From the NCBI GenBank assembly GCA_964493655.1, contig CAZBOY010000004.1:1-37849 (forward strand): a stretch of DNA of 37,849 bases. Reading direction: 5' to 3'. Position numbers and translations under genes: made by a program. Of this stretch, positions 1-8,802 are shown piece after piece (the first letter of the stretch is position 1; every line of letters begins with the position of its first letter). The DNA is from Candidatus Woesearchaeota archaeon. Lineage in GTDB: Archaea; Nanobdellota; Nanobdellia; Pacearchaeales; GW2011-AR1. The notes under the pieces are model-generated. The model made no database searches and was not told the origin of the DNA. It worked only from the letters and a program-made list of their open reading frames with translations.

Positions 1-55
1 ATTTATAGTTTTATCCCTACAGCAAGCTGTAGGGTATTAGGAGAGAATAAAAAAT
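1..55. repeat. Left copy of a perfect 55-bp terminal inverted repeat, with an internal 9-bp-stem hairpin at 15-34
   Basis: Bases 1-55 are the exact reverse complement of 37795-37849; the match breaks at position 56 versus 37794. It contains CCCTACAGC-AA-GCTGTAGGG. Confidence 0.9.
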
Positions 56-71
56 AAAAATAAAATTTTGT

Positions 72-260
72 TTATTTGAAAGCTTTTACTAAAGCATATA
101 TCCCACAAAGTCCCACAACATAATAAACTATTGATGCTATAGTTCCGCTTCCAAGGATTAGGTCTACAACATTGAAGTTGAGTTCAGCAAGACCCCAGTT
201 GATTGCTCCAATTGCCGCAAGGACTAACGCAGTTTTTTTATACCAAGTCATTTTTTTCAC
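72..260 (-). CDS. DUF378-family small membrane protein
   Basis: 62 aa with two TM helices. The INWGLAELNFNVVDLILG motif is typical of DUF378. Confidence 0.8.
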   Translation of the reverse strand: MKKMTWYKKTALVLAAIGAINWGLAELNFNVVDLILGSGTIASIVYYVVGLCGIYALVKAFK

Positions 261-289
261 CTCATTTAATTATTTTCTTAAGCAGAAAG

Positions 290-300
290 TTATTTAAATA
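290..300 (+). promoter_or_regulatory. TATA-like box (TTATTTAAATA) preceded by a purine-rich BRE-like AGCAGAAAG
   Basis: It is centred about 25 nt upstream of the ATG at 320. This suggests a leaderless start at 320 rather than at 305. Confidence 0.4.
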
Positions 301-304
301 GTTT

Positions 305-1513
305 ATGTTTTTCGAGAATATGAAATTTAGTAAAAAGAAATTAAAAAATGGTTTGATTATCTTGCATGAGAAGAGAGACGTGCCTGTTACAACTGTTATG
401 CTTGCGACAAAGTTCGGGAGTGCGTATGAATCTGAAAAAGAAAAGGGTATTGCACATTTTATTGAACATCTGTGTTTTAAGGGAACAGAGAAGAGAACAT
501 TTGAACAGATTGGCGAGGAGATTGAAAGAGTTGGGGGAATTTTAAATGCTTTTACTTCTGAACAGTTGACTGCTTATCATGTTAAACTTCCGTCGCAGCA
601 TTTGAAGATTGCAATGGATGTTATTTTTGATATTTATTTTAATCCTGTTTTTCCAGAAGCAGAAGTAAAAAAAGAAGCAAATGTTATTTGTGAGGAAATT
701 AGAATGTATCATGATAATCCTCATTTACATGTTCTTGAAAAGCTTCGTGAAAATTTGTATAAAAAACCTTTTGGAATGTTTGCTGCTGGAACTCGCGAAA
801 TTATAATGAGCTTGGGTCGAAAGCAGTTGATTGAAAAACATAGAGAGTTTTATTGTCCTGAAAATTCTGTCTTGTGTGTTGTCGGAAATAATAGTTTTGA
901 AGATGTAGTGAAGTTTGCAGAAAATTTTTGTATTGAAAGAAAAGGGAGCAAATCTAAACTTCCGAAAATTTGTGTACATTATCTGCAGGATAAAGAGGTG
1001 AGGGGAGATTTGTATCAGGCAAATGTTGTTTTAGGTTTTCATTTTCCAAAAGCTTCTGATGAGGAAATTTATTCTGCTATGGTTTTTTCTGTAATTTTAG
1101 GTCAGGGATTTTCAAGCAAGTTGTTTAGAGAGGTTCGGGAAAAAAGAGGGTTGGCTTATGGTGTTAAAAGTTTTTTAGAAGCAGGAAATGATTATGGGCA
1201 TTTAGGTATTTGGGTGGGAACTGACAAGGAAAAAGTTCAGGAAGTGATTGATATTTGTTTAGAAGAGTTTGGGAATATGAAAAATATAAGTGAAAAGGAA
1301 TTAGAAGATGGGAAAACCCAGATTATTGGGAATCATGCTGTAGAGGCCGAGGGTTCAAATGAGACTGCTCTTAATTTAATTGGTGAGGAAATTGTCAGGG
1401 GGGCAGAAGATTATTATAATTTTGAAAAGAATATTAAAAAAGTTTCTTTGAAAGAGATTAAAAAACTCGTGAGCAAAACAGAGCATGCAAGTTTTGTTTT
1501 GGGGCCGGGGTAA
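305..1513 (+). CDS. M16 (pitrilysin/insulinase) family zinc peptidase
   Basis: Inverted zinc motif HFIEH (HxxEH) followed by EKR and a downstream E. Length is about 400 aa. The real start is possibly the ATG at 320 (MKFSKKK). Confidence 0.85.
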   Translation: MFFENMKFSKKKLKNGLIILHEKRDVPVTTVMLATKFGSAYESEKEKGIAHFIEHLCFKGTEKRTFEQIGEEIERVGGILNAFTSEQLTAYHVKLPSQHLKIAMDVIFDIYFNPVFPEAEVKKEANVICEEIRMYHDNPHLHVLEKLRENLYKKPFGMFAAGTREIIMSLGRKQLIEKHREFYCPENSVLCVVGNNSFEDVVKFAENFCIERKGSKSKLPKICVHYLQDKEVRGDLYQANVVLGFHFPKASDEEIYSAMVFSVILGQGFSSKLFREVREKRGLAYGVKSFLEAGNDYGHLGIWVGTDKEKVQEVIDICLEEFGNMKNISEKELEDGKTQIIGNHAVEAEGSNETALNLIGEEIVRGAEDYYNFEKNIKKVSLKEIKKLVSKTEHASFVLGPG

Positions 1514-1514
1514 A

Positions 1515-2288
1515 ATGCGAATAATAAAAGTTCCGCGGATAAATGCACTTGGGTTGAAAGGTCCGGAGAGTGCACCTAATTTAATTTTAGCTGAATTAAA
1601 AAAGATTTATCCAGATTATTCTAAACTTGATTTAGAAGAAATTCATGTTGATAATTCCGATGTTAGAGAGAGTGAGAATTTGATTTATAAAAATGCGAAA
1701 GAGGAATTTGAAAATCGGGAGAGTGTTGTTTTTATTGGTGGGGATCACTCAATTAGCTTTCCTATTTTGAGGGGGTTTATGGATGGTGTTGAAGGAGAGA
1801 AATTTTTAATTGTTTTTGATGCACATGCAGATTGTATGAAGCCAATGAAAGAGCCGACGCATGAGGAGTGGCTTCGGGCGGTGATTGAAGGAGGATTTAA
1901 TCCAGAAAACATTATTTTAATTGGGTGTAGAAAAATTGAAAAACAAGAGGCGGATTTTTTAAGGAAAAATCGTGTGAAGATTTTTTCAGGTGAAGGGCAT
2001 ATGGAATCTATTGCAGATTATGTTACTGAAAAAGCACGTGATAAGGAAGTTTATATTTCAATTGACATTGATGCTGTTGACCCTGCTTTTGCACCTGGTG
2101 TGAATTATCCTGAACCTGCTGGTTTGACTTCAAAAGAATTTTTTTATTTGCTCAAGAGAGTTTTTCATTTGCCTAAAATTAGAGGTTTGGATATTGTGGA
2201 GGTTGTTCCTGATAAAGATATTGGTGGGTTGACTATCCGGACTTGTGCGAAGATTTTAGAGGTTTTTTTAAATAGCTTTAATAGATAG
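1515..2288 (+). CDS. Arginase/agmatinase (ureohydrolase) family protein
   Basis: Manganese-ligand motifs are present: GGDHSISFP, DAHAD and SIDIDAVDP. The ATG lies 1 nt after the upstream stop. Substrate specificity cannot be assigned. Confidence 0.8.
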   Translation: MRIIKVPRINALGLKGPESAPNLILAELKKIYPDYSKLDLEEIHVDNSDVRESENLIYKNAKEEFENRESVVFIGGDHSISFPILRGFMDGVEGEKFLIVFDAHADCMKPMKEPTHEEWLRAVIEGGFNPENIILIGCRKIEKQEADFLRKNRVKIFSGEGHMESIADYVTEKARDKEVYISIDIDAVDPAFAPGVNYPEPAGLTSKEFFYLLKRVFHLPKIRGLDIVEVVPDKDIGGLTIRTCAKILEVFLNSFNR

Positions 2289-2441
2289 AATCTGTTGAAA
2301 TATTTTGGGCCTGTTTATTCTGTGATTGAGAAATATAAGTTGAGGAATATAAAATAAAAAGTAAATCTGGTTTTAAATAACTGTTGGTTTGGAATATGTA
2401 TTTTATAGTATCTATTTATTTATATAGTTTTGATTGTGTGT

Positions 2442-2855
2442 ATGTTTTTAATGAGAATTAAGAGTCCTGAGGGATTGAGGTTTTTAGTAAGAAGTTTTGT
2501 TGTTGAGGCTGTTTTTGTATTAGAGGGTTTTTCTGGGGAACTTAAAACAAGTGATTTTGATGAAAGATGGTTTTCAAGAGTTGCAGAAGATACTGGGCTT
2601 TCTGTTGAGGAAGTTAAGGGAATTCATCATCCTTTTTATTGGATGATTTGTGGTGAATCTGATTTTCCAATTGGTTATAAGCAGCCAGAAACAAATGGAG
2701 ATTGCTCTAAGATTTTTTTAAGAAAAATGGAGATTGATGAAGATGCTTTATATTCTATTTCTGAAAAAATGTTAAGGAGATACGGAGATTATTTTAGAGC
2801 TCGGTTAAATGGAAGAGAACTTGATTCTTCGAAAGATGCTAGTGTGCCTTGTTGA
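2442..2855 (+). CDS. Hypothetical protein
   Basis: Long ORF with no recognisable motifs. A TATA-like box at 2413-2426 favours the ATG at 2442. Confidence 0.4.
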   Translation: MFLMRIKSPEGLRFLVRSFVVEAVFVLEGFSGELKTSDFDERWFSRVAEDTGLSVEEVKGIHHPFYWMICGESDFPIGYKQPETNGDCSKIFLRKMEIDEDALYSISEKMLRRYGDYFRARLNGRELDSSKDASVPC

Positions 2856-2975
2856 AAATCTTTTTTGTTTGTGTTATCCATAACTCCTTATTGCGCTACA
2901 AAGATTATGTGAAAACTCTAACAATAACTTCACAAGTTTTTGTTTGTTAATTATTAAATTCTTATTGACTTGTGG

Positions 2976-3152
2976 GCTGACTGATATGTCTTGGCAACTC
3001 TTGCGGAAAATTATCCTTATCTATTTTACTTTTTGGGATAATTTTCACCAGAAGTTTTGCAGAGCAGTAATCATGAATATTTTTAAGAATGTCTTAGTAT
3101 TATTAAATTTAATTTTGATTATTCAAATCTCAAAACGATTTGACTTTTTCAA
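2976..3152 (+). repeat. Repeat family A, copy a (candidate structured RNA or MITE-like element)
   Basis: It has the conserved 5' block GCTGACTGATaTGTCTTGGCAACTCTTG. The hairpin is GAAAATTATCC (3006-3016) / GGATAATTTTC (3036-3046). The conserved 3' block is TTTTGCAGAGCAGTA followed by T-runs. It is homologous to the copies at 16771, 17838(-) and 19105(-). Confidence 0.75.
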
Positions 3153-3162
3153 CAAAGTCAAG

Positions 3163-3834
3163 CTAGTCCTCCAGTAACCCCCTAAACTTTTTAATCTTAT
3201 TATCATCAAATTTCTTTATTTGTTTTAATTCTTCTTCTGACAAATTAAAAATTTTGTTAAGGGTTTTGTGTTGTTCTAAAAGTTGTTTTGCAATTGTTGG
3301 GCCAATTCCTGGAAAGCCCTCGAGGATAAATTGCTTTTGTTCTTGGGGTGTAGGAAGAGACTTTGAGGGTCTTATTGAAAGTTCTGTTTTAGGTTTGTCT
3401 TGTTTTTTTGCAAGGAGGATTAGATAGTCTGCTGTTTCTTCTTGATTTTCTGTAAACAGAACAGGTATTTTATACTGAAGAATTATCGAAAGTATCATGC
3501 CTTTTGTTTGGTTGTCGAAATTGCTGTCTTGTTCTTTTCCTTCGATTATCAAAAGATATTCTGGATATTTTTTTATTTCTGAGAGTTGCATAAAAAGACG
3601 TTTGTTAATCATGCTTGAGATAAAATCTGAAAAAGTTTTTCTTTCTATTGCAGTTGTTCCAATAAGATAGTCTGCTATTTCTAATTTTTCAAATTTAATA
3701 TTTGCTTTTCTTTCTAAAAGGCAAGAGGCAATTAGGGATTGTTTTTCCCGGGTGTCTATTATGATGGGGGTTTTGTTTGGTTGGGGGGGTTTTGGTTCAG
3801 GGGTTTTGTCGAAGATGTTGTGGATGGGTTTCAT
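3163..3834 (-). CDS. xpf: XPF/ERCC4-type structure-specific nuclease with C-terminal HhH2 (stand-alone Hef nuclease-like)
   Basis: ERCC4 signature: IIIDTRE, ADYLIG, AIERKTFSDF. The C-terminus has GFPGIGPTIAKQLL helix-hairpin-helix repeats. Confidence 0.85.
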   Translation of the reverse strand: MKPIHNIFDKTPEPKPPQPNKTPIIIDTREKQSLIASCLLERKANIKFEKLEIADYLIGTTAIERKTFSDFISSMINKRLFMQLSEIKKYPEYLLIIEGKEQDSNFDNQTKGMILSIILQYKIPVLFTENQEETADYLILLAKKQDKPKTELSIRPSKSLPTPQEQKQFILEGFPGIGPTIAKQLLEQHKTLNKIFNLSEEELKQIKKFDDNKIKKFRGLLED

Positions 3835-4238
3835 TTTTGTTTTATCTTTCCAATAAAATCATAGAGAATAATTCCAAGGATAATTAGAACAACTGCAACA
3901 GTATAAATCATATGAGTTACTGTAGAGGGATATTCGCTGTTTCTAAATCCTCCAAGTATGAAGAGAAATTCATCAGCCACTAATCCAAGTCCTACTGCAG
4001 ATAATCCCAGATAAAGTTTTTTATGAAAGTTTCCAAAGAGGACTGCAATAAGGACAATTACTAAAATAGTAATCCCATAATAAAAATGATGTAGTTCATA
4101 GCCAAATAACATTAAATCTAAATCATTGTAATAGGTTAATATTCTTGTTATGGTTATTGTTAATATAAAAATTATCAAGAAGCTTAGAAACTTGTTTTTT
4201 ATCTGAAAAGGGTTTTTATTATCGTCTCTTTCTTTCAT
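3831..4238 (-). CDS. Hypothetical multi-pass membrane protein
   Basis: 135 aa with about four hydrophobic helices. It has a 4-nt overlap with the downstream xpf start, which suggests an operon. Confidence 0.55.
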   Translation of the reverse strand: MKERDDNKNPFQIKNKFLSFLIIFILTITITRILTYYNDLDLMLFGYELHHFYYGITILVIVLIAVLFGNFHKKLYLGLSAVGLGLVADEFLFILGGFRNSEYPSTVTHMIYTVAVVLIILGIILYDFIGKIKQK

Positions 4239-4334
4239 GGTTTTCTTAATTTTCGGTTTTATTTAAACTTAATCTTAAACAAATAGAATATAAATCCTTA
4301 TAAAGATATTTGCAGTGATTTTTTTATTAGGGTT

Positions 4335-5075
4335 TTATTTACAATTATCCCAGATAAAATCAAAGAATTTTTTATAGCCGTCTGCAAGTTTTTGATTTTT
4401 CATTACAAACATAAGGGGATTTTCCTGTAATTTTCCAGGTTCTACTCCCACGAATGTCACAACATACGGACCGAAAATATCAACCGTAGTATTACTTGAA
4501 TATTTTTTTGGAAGAAATTTATAAGGTTTTCCAACAATTTTTAAGATTTCTGGTTTTTGTTGTTTTACCTCATAATCAAAAAGATGTTTGAAGTTTATCC
4601 CTAATTTCTTTCTTTCTCTTTCAAAATTTGGGAGAAAATATTGCAGTCTTTCATCAAGCCAGAAGGCTTTTGCACCTAAGAAATAAACAGTTTGTTTTGT
4701 TTTGAGAATGTCTTGGAGATAGTTTTTGAAACCTTCAATTCCTCGATAAAAATAAGCCTCTTCTTTTTCTCCTTGTGATTCAAATTTTTGTGTCATTTCA
4801 AAAAGGGCTTTATTTAATTTTTCTTCTTTTTCTTTTAAAAGTTCTAAAAGCCGTCGAGGATTTATTGGTTTGAAATTTTTCTCTCCTTTTGTAAATGAAT
4901 CTGAGGTAAGGCCTTTTTCTGATAATTTGTTTAGGGCATCATAAACATTTCTACGATGAACTCCTGATTTATTTGAAATTTCTTGCACAGATGCTTCCCC
5001 TGTTTTTAGAAGAGTTTCATAAATCTTTGATTCATTTTGGCTTAGTCCGAGTTCTTTCAATAATTCTTCGTGCAT
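4335..5075 (-). CDS. TrmB-family transcriptional regulator
   Basis: N-terminal winged HTH (LGLSQNESKIYETLLKTGEASVQEISNKSGVHRRNVYDALNKLSEKGL) followed by a coiled-coil and a C-terminal domain. TATA-like box at 5095-5104 on the minus strand. Confidence 0.8.
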   Translation of the reverse strand: MHEELLKELGLSQNESKIYETLLKTGEASVQEISNKSGVHRRNVYDALNKLSEKGLTSDSFTKGEKNFKPINPRRLLELLKEKEEKLNKALFEMTQKFESQGEKEEAYFYRGIEGFKNYLQDILKTKQTVYFLGAKAFWLDERLQYFLPNFERERKKLGINFKHLFDYEVKQQKPEILKIVGKPYKFLPKKYSSNTTVDIFGPYVVTFVGVEPGKLQENPLMFVMKNQKLADGYKKFFDFIWDNCK

Positions 5076-5111
5076 GTTTTATTTACGTTGTTTTAGTTTA
5101 TATTTGTTTTG

Positions 5112-5128
5112 GTGGTGATTGCCACCAC
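5112..5128. promoter_or_regulatory. Palindrome GTGGTG-N5-CACCAC between divergent promoters (candidate TrmB operator)
   Basis: Perfect 6-N5-6 inverted repeat just upstream of the TATA box of the TrmB-like gene. It is GC-rich in an AT-rich spacer. Confidence 0.4.
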
Positions 5129-5289
5129 AAGTGTTTAAGTATATAGAATATTAGTAACTATTAACAAGTCGTGACAGATGTTACGGCTTAAGGAGAAAAA
5201 TAAAATGGAAACAAATAATGAAAAACAAATGAGAATGAAAAACTTAGTTGTGACTCAAAAAAATAATATGAAAGGAGGTAATAGATAAA

Positions 5290-5691
5290 ATGGAATCAAA
5301 AAAATTATCAGAACTTCATATACAGGCCGTAGGTCGTCCAGGAAATTTTGCTAGTGTATCTAAATTAGCTAAACTTGTTGAAGAATCAGATATTCAAGTT
5401 TTTTGGAATGAAACAACCAGCAGAGAACCAAAAATGGTTTTAGAGGATTTCGGTCCTTATGCGGAATGTAGGCCTGGGCAGACTGAAGATTTTTATGGTA
5501 AGGATAAAGTTACACAACCTAAATCAAGAGTAGGATATAGTTTACCAAGAAGAAATCCCCGAGAAGGGTCTGAAGAATGTGATGAATATGCAACTTTTAG
5601 TTATGCAGATCAATGGACTGGGATAACTTTTAACTTGCATAAATCAACTTCAGGGTATAGAGAGTTAAGATGCAAATTTAGTTCAGATTGA
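5290..5691 (+). CDS. Hypothetical soluble protein
   Basis: 133-aa ORF preceded by GGAGGT 8 nt upstream. No motif recognised. A 27-codon ORF (5205-5288) with its own AAGGAG lies immediately upstream. Confidence 0.45.
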   Translation: MESKKLSELHIQAVGRPGNFASVSKLAKLVEESDIQVFWNETTSREPKMVLEDFGPYAECRPGQTEDFYGKDKVTQPKSRVGYSLPRRNPREGSEECDEYATFSYADQWTGITFNLHKSTSGYRELRCKFSSD

Positions 5692-5705
5692 TTTTTATTT
5701 AATAA

Positions 5706-5737
5706 AAGGGGGGCAAAATAGTTCCCCTTCTTTTTTA
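5706..5737 (+). terminator. Hairpin plus T-run terminator-like element
   Basis: AAGGGG (5706-5711) pairs with CCCCTT (5724-5729) and is followed by CTTTTTTATTTTT, directly after the 5290-5691 ORF. Confidence 0.4.
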
Positions 5738-5796
5738 TTTTTATTTAGAAATCCCCCGCCCATAACATTTAATAACTTTAGAGATGTTTTTTATTT

Positions 5797-6132
5797 ATGG
5801 CATCAGAAATTACTTTAAAATTTATTTTCTTTGGTTTGATTGCTTTAGCAGTTGTTCTTGAAGTTGTTGGAGATGTTTTTTTCAAAAAATGGTCTATTGA
5901 TAATAAAAATACTCTGCTTTATGCTGGGCTTTTAATTTATTTTATTGGAACTATCTTTTGGGCTATTTCATTAAAATATGAATATTTGTCTAAAGCAATT
6001 TCTATATTTACTATTTTGAATCTAATTATTGTAGTGTTTGTTGGTGTTCTTTATTTTAAGGAAAATTTGTCTTTAATAAATAAGATTGGAATTGGGTTAG
6101 GAATTTTGAGTGTTATTTTTATTGAGGTTTGA
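5797..6132 (+). CDS. SMR/DMT-superfamily small 4-TM transporter-like protein
   Basis: 111 aa with four TM helices. An acidic residue sits in TM1 (LEVVGDVFFKKWS), as in SMR/ArnE-like proteins. Confidence 0.55.
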   Translation: MASEITLKFIFFGLIALAVVLEVVGDVFFKKWSIDNKNTLLYAGLLIYFIGTIFWAISLKYEYLSKAISIFTILNLIIVVFVGVLYFKENLSLINKIGIGLGILSVIFIEV

Positions 6133-6151
6133 TAAGGGGGTGAAACTAATT

Positions 6152-7705
6152 TCAAAACAACCTCTCCTGTTTTTCGTCAGAGTTATTTAAATTTCCCATT
6201 TCATTTTTAATCTCATCAATTGCTTTGTGCATGCTTTTTTCTTTTGCCTGTGAAGCGTAATGATAAGATTCATCTCGTGTGTTTTTTGTGATGAGGATTT
6301 TTAGAGAGCCGGGGGCTAATCTAGCTGTTCTTCCTCTTCGCTGAATAGAACGTATTGCACTTGGAACTGGTTCGTAAAAAATAACTTCGCTTACTTCAGG
6401 AATATCAAGTCCTTCTTCACCTATTGAAGTTGCAATCAGAATGTTGAATTTCCCTATTGAAAAGTCTTTTATGACTTCTTGTTGTTCTTTTTGTTTTAGG
6501 CCAGTTGTTTTACCGTCGTAGTGTTTTTTAATTGTCTGTCCTACAAAAATTACTGGTTTTATTCCTGGAATTTTTTCTAAATCTTTTTTTATTTTATTTA
6601 CAGTATCTCTATATTGGGCAAAGACAATTATTTTTGCATTAGGGCTTTCTTTTATCTGGTTTTTTATTATTTCTGTAAGTTTCTTTAGTTTAGGATGTTC
6701 GAAATTAATTGTTAGTGCAAGGGTGTAGGCTTTGTTGAATCTTAAATCTCCTGCTAGTTTTTGAGCTGCCTTGGATTTTTTCTCTTCAGATTCAGTATAT
6801 ATTTTTTTTAGGTAATCAATAAATGAGGAAATTGTTTGTGTTTCAAGAAGTTCCATTGCGTGTTGGATTTTTATTGCTTGAGCGCAAACCGAGGCTGAGA
6901 CAAACATGTTGATGGATTTTGTTCCTGAAGAAAGGGCTCTGAAAATTTTTCTTTGGCAATCAAGAAGAGTTTTTTTAGAAGCATAACCAAAGAGAACTTT
7001 TCTGCTTTTAAGTTCCCCAACTTTTTTATCATAAATTTCTTTTAACAATTGTCTTATTTCTTCAAATTCTGGAGGAAAGTCAACTTCTATTTTTTCAAAT
7101 TCTAATTCTTGAAGATAGGGTTTTATGTCTTCAGAATCTCTTGTTCTTATTTCAACTGATTGAATCCCAAGATTCTCACATACTTTGGAGATTGTTTTTT
7201 TATCTGCTCCTGGACTTGCAGTTAAGCCGAGAACTCGGGAGTTTTGTGTGTGCTGTTTATATTTTTGGGCAATGAAATTATAAGCATAATTTTTGAGACA
7301 TCTGTGGCATTCGTCGAAGATTAACAGCGAGACATTTTCTAAGGTGTAGAGGTTTTTTTTCAAGTCATTGGAAATGCACTGGGGTGTTGAAAAAACCCAT
7401 TCAGCTGTCTGCCAGATTTTTTTTCTTTTTTCAGCAGGGGTTTTGCCTGTGAAAATTTGCATGTCTGCCCAGTCTTCTGGAATATTTTTTTTAAAAGAAT
7501 TAAAATGCTGTTCAACTAGGGGGCGGGTTGGTGCGAGGATGAGAATTTTTTCAAGGGGGAATTGTTTGAATCTGTCAATTGCAAGCATAAGAGAAATTAG
7601 GGTTTTGCCTGTGCCTGTTGGAAGAACAACAAGACAGTTTTCTTTTTTGCAAGTTTCAAAAATATTTTCCTGATATGCTCTTGGGGGGATTTTTAGTTCT
7701 TTCAT
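6152..7705 (-). CDS. hef: Hef/FANCM-type SF2 helicase (helicase part only)
   Basis: Motif I LPTGTGKT, motif II FDECH, motif III TASPG, motif VI QRRGRTAR. An inserted helical domain lies between the RecA lobes. There is no C-terminal nuclease domain. Confidence 0.85.
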   Translation of the reverse strand: MKELKIPPRAYQENIFETCKKENCLVVLPTGTGKTLISLMLAIDRFKQFPLEKILILAPTRPLVEQHFNSFKKNIPEDWADMQIFTGKTPAEKRKKIWQTAEWVFSTPQCISNDLKKNLYTLENVSLLIFDECHRCLKNYAYNFIAQKYKQHTQNSRVLGLTASPGADKKTISKVCENLGIQSVEIRTRDSEDIKPYLQELEFEKIEVDFPPEFEEIRQLLKEIYDKKVGELKSRKVLFGYASKKTLLDCQRKIFRALSSGTKSINMFVSASVCAQAIKIQHAMELLETQTISSFIDYLKKIYTESEEKKSKAAQKLAGDLRFNKAYTLALTINFEHPKLKKLTEIIKNQIKESPNAKIIVFAQYRDTVNKIKKDLEKIPGIKPVIFVGQTIKKHYDGKTTGLKQKEQQEVIKDFSIGKFNILIATSIGEEGLDIPEVSEVIFYEPVPSAIRSIQRRGRTARLAPGSLKILITKNTRDESYHYASQAKEKSMHKAIDEIKNEMGNLNNSDEKQERLF

Positions 7706-7739
7706 ATAAATTTAAAAGTTAGGGGTTTTATATAGGTTT

Positions 7740-8476
7740 ATGAGGGTTGCATTTTATAATCAGATGTTTGGATTTGATGGTCGAAGTTTATACACTTTTT
7801 TAAGAGACCATAAGACAATTCATTTTAATAAAACTCCTGATATGGCTTATGTTAGAAGTGAGATTTCTAGAACAATAGATATAATAAAAAAATCAAAAGC
7901 AGAGATAGTTGGAATTTGTGAAATTTTAGAAGGGCAGGAAGAGAAGCTTAGAAAGTTGTTAAAAGAGATTGGATATAAATATGTATTTTTTGGAACAGGG
8001 CATTTATTGACTTGTGGATTAAAAGTTAAGATTGCTCTCGCGTCTAAGCTAAAATGTGTTCAGAAAAATGTTGAGGGTTTTCCAGTTGAGAGTAGAACGG
8101 GGGGGGCGGAGGGATTGTTTCTTGTTATTTTCCTAAGGAGAAATTTTATTTTATTGTCACTCATTTAAGTTTTCCAAAAAGAGAAATGTTTTCAAAACAG
8201 GAAAAATTTGTGAATAATTGTATTAAATCTTTTGGAAAAAGAATTATTCTTGCTGGAGATTTTAATATTGATTATGAAGGCTTAAAAAAATATTTTCCAG
8301 GTCTAGTGTTTCTCTCTGGAAGGATTAAAACTCTTTTTTCTCAGGGTGTTTTGAAATTATGGTCTAACAAAGATGTAGATCATATTCTTGCAAGGGGGAT
8401 TAAAGCTAAGGCTTGCGGATATTTAATAGGATATTCAGACCATAAACTTGTTTGGGCGGATTTAAAATTTGATTAG
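7740..8476 (+). pseudogene. Endonuclease/exonuclease/phosphatase (EEP) family gene, frameshifted at a G8 homopolymer
   Basis: The N-terminal ORF (7740-8168) and C-terminal ORF (8186-8476; GDFN, SDHKLVW motifs) belong to one EEP fold. The second frame is open from 8096. One extra G in the run at 8099-8106 would fuse the two frames. Confidence 0.7.
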
Positions 8477-8510
8477 TAATCTTTATAAACTTTCGAGATT
8501 TAATTTATCT

Positions 8511-8714
8511 ATGGTTGTTTTATCTCCAGTGCTTTTAGGTTTTATAATAATTATTGCTCTTTGGGAACTTCTTTGGAAAGGTCTTGCTCTTTGGAATTGC
8601 GGGAGAAATAATCAGATTATCTGGTTTGTTTTTATTCTTCTTTTAAATACTGCAGGAATTCTCCCAATTATTTATCTGCTGTTGTTTCAGAAAAAAGGTA
8701 AGAAAAGAAAGTGA
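8511..8714 (+). CDS. DUF5652-like small membrane protein
   Basis: Two TM helices with ALWNCGRNNQIIWFVFILLLNTAGILPIIYLL, which resembles the DUF5652 signature from memory. Confidence 0.55.
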   Translation: MVVLSPVLLGFIIIIALWELLWKGLALWNCGRNNQIIWFVFILLLNTAGILPIIYLLLFQKKGKKRK

Positions 8715-8802
8715 TTTTTTGGAGTATTCATTTAAGGAATTTATTAATTAGATAAATTATTCTTTTATTTAGTGCCTTGTTTAATTTTTTATATTCGGAA
8801 AA

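Noticed and set aside
542-979. Antisense ORFs inside the M16 peptidase gene. Similar antisense or out-of-frame ORFs occur at 7368-7673, 8853-9056, 13822-14143, 14516-15443, 16176-16634, 19343-19904, 20028-20319, 20653-21291, 22087-22383, 25440-25973, 26161-26652, 29448-29690, 31647-31862, 34929-35476 and 36992-37213.
   Set aside because: They overlap longer ORFs that carry clear family motifs. Their sequences are low-complexity, as expected from AT-rich DNA read in the wrong frame.
2976-3152. Repeat family A as a C/D-box or H/ACA guide sRNA.
   Set aside because: CUGA-like strings occur in the 5' block. However, no consistent C (RUGAUGA)/D pairing or ACA box at a fixed distance is conserved across all four copies.
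2944-3177. 77-aa ORF in the track.
   Set aside because: It lies entirely within repeat family A copy a. Its reading frame is not conserved in the other three copies, so it is most likely non-coding.
5205-5288. 27-codon ORF with a Shine-Dalgarno-like AAGGAG upstream of the 5290 gene (possible leader peptide).
   Set aside because: It is too short and of too low complexity (Asn/Lys-rich) to support as a gene from sequence alone. It is mentioned under the TrmB palindrome finding.
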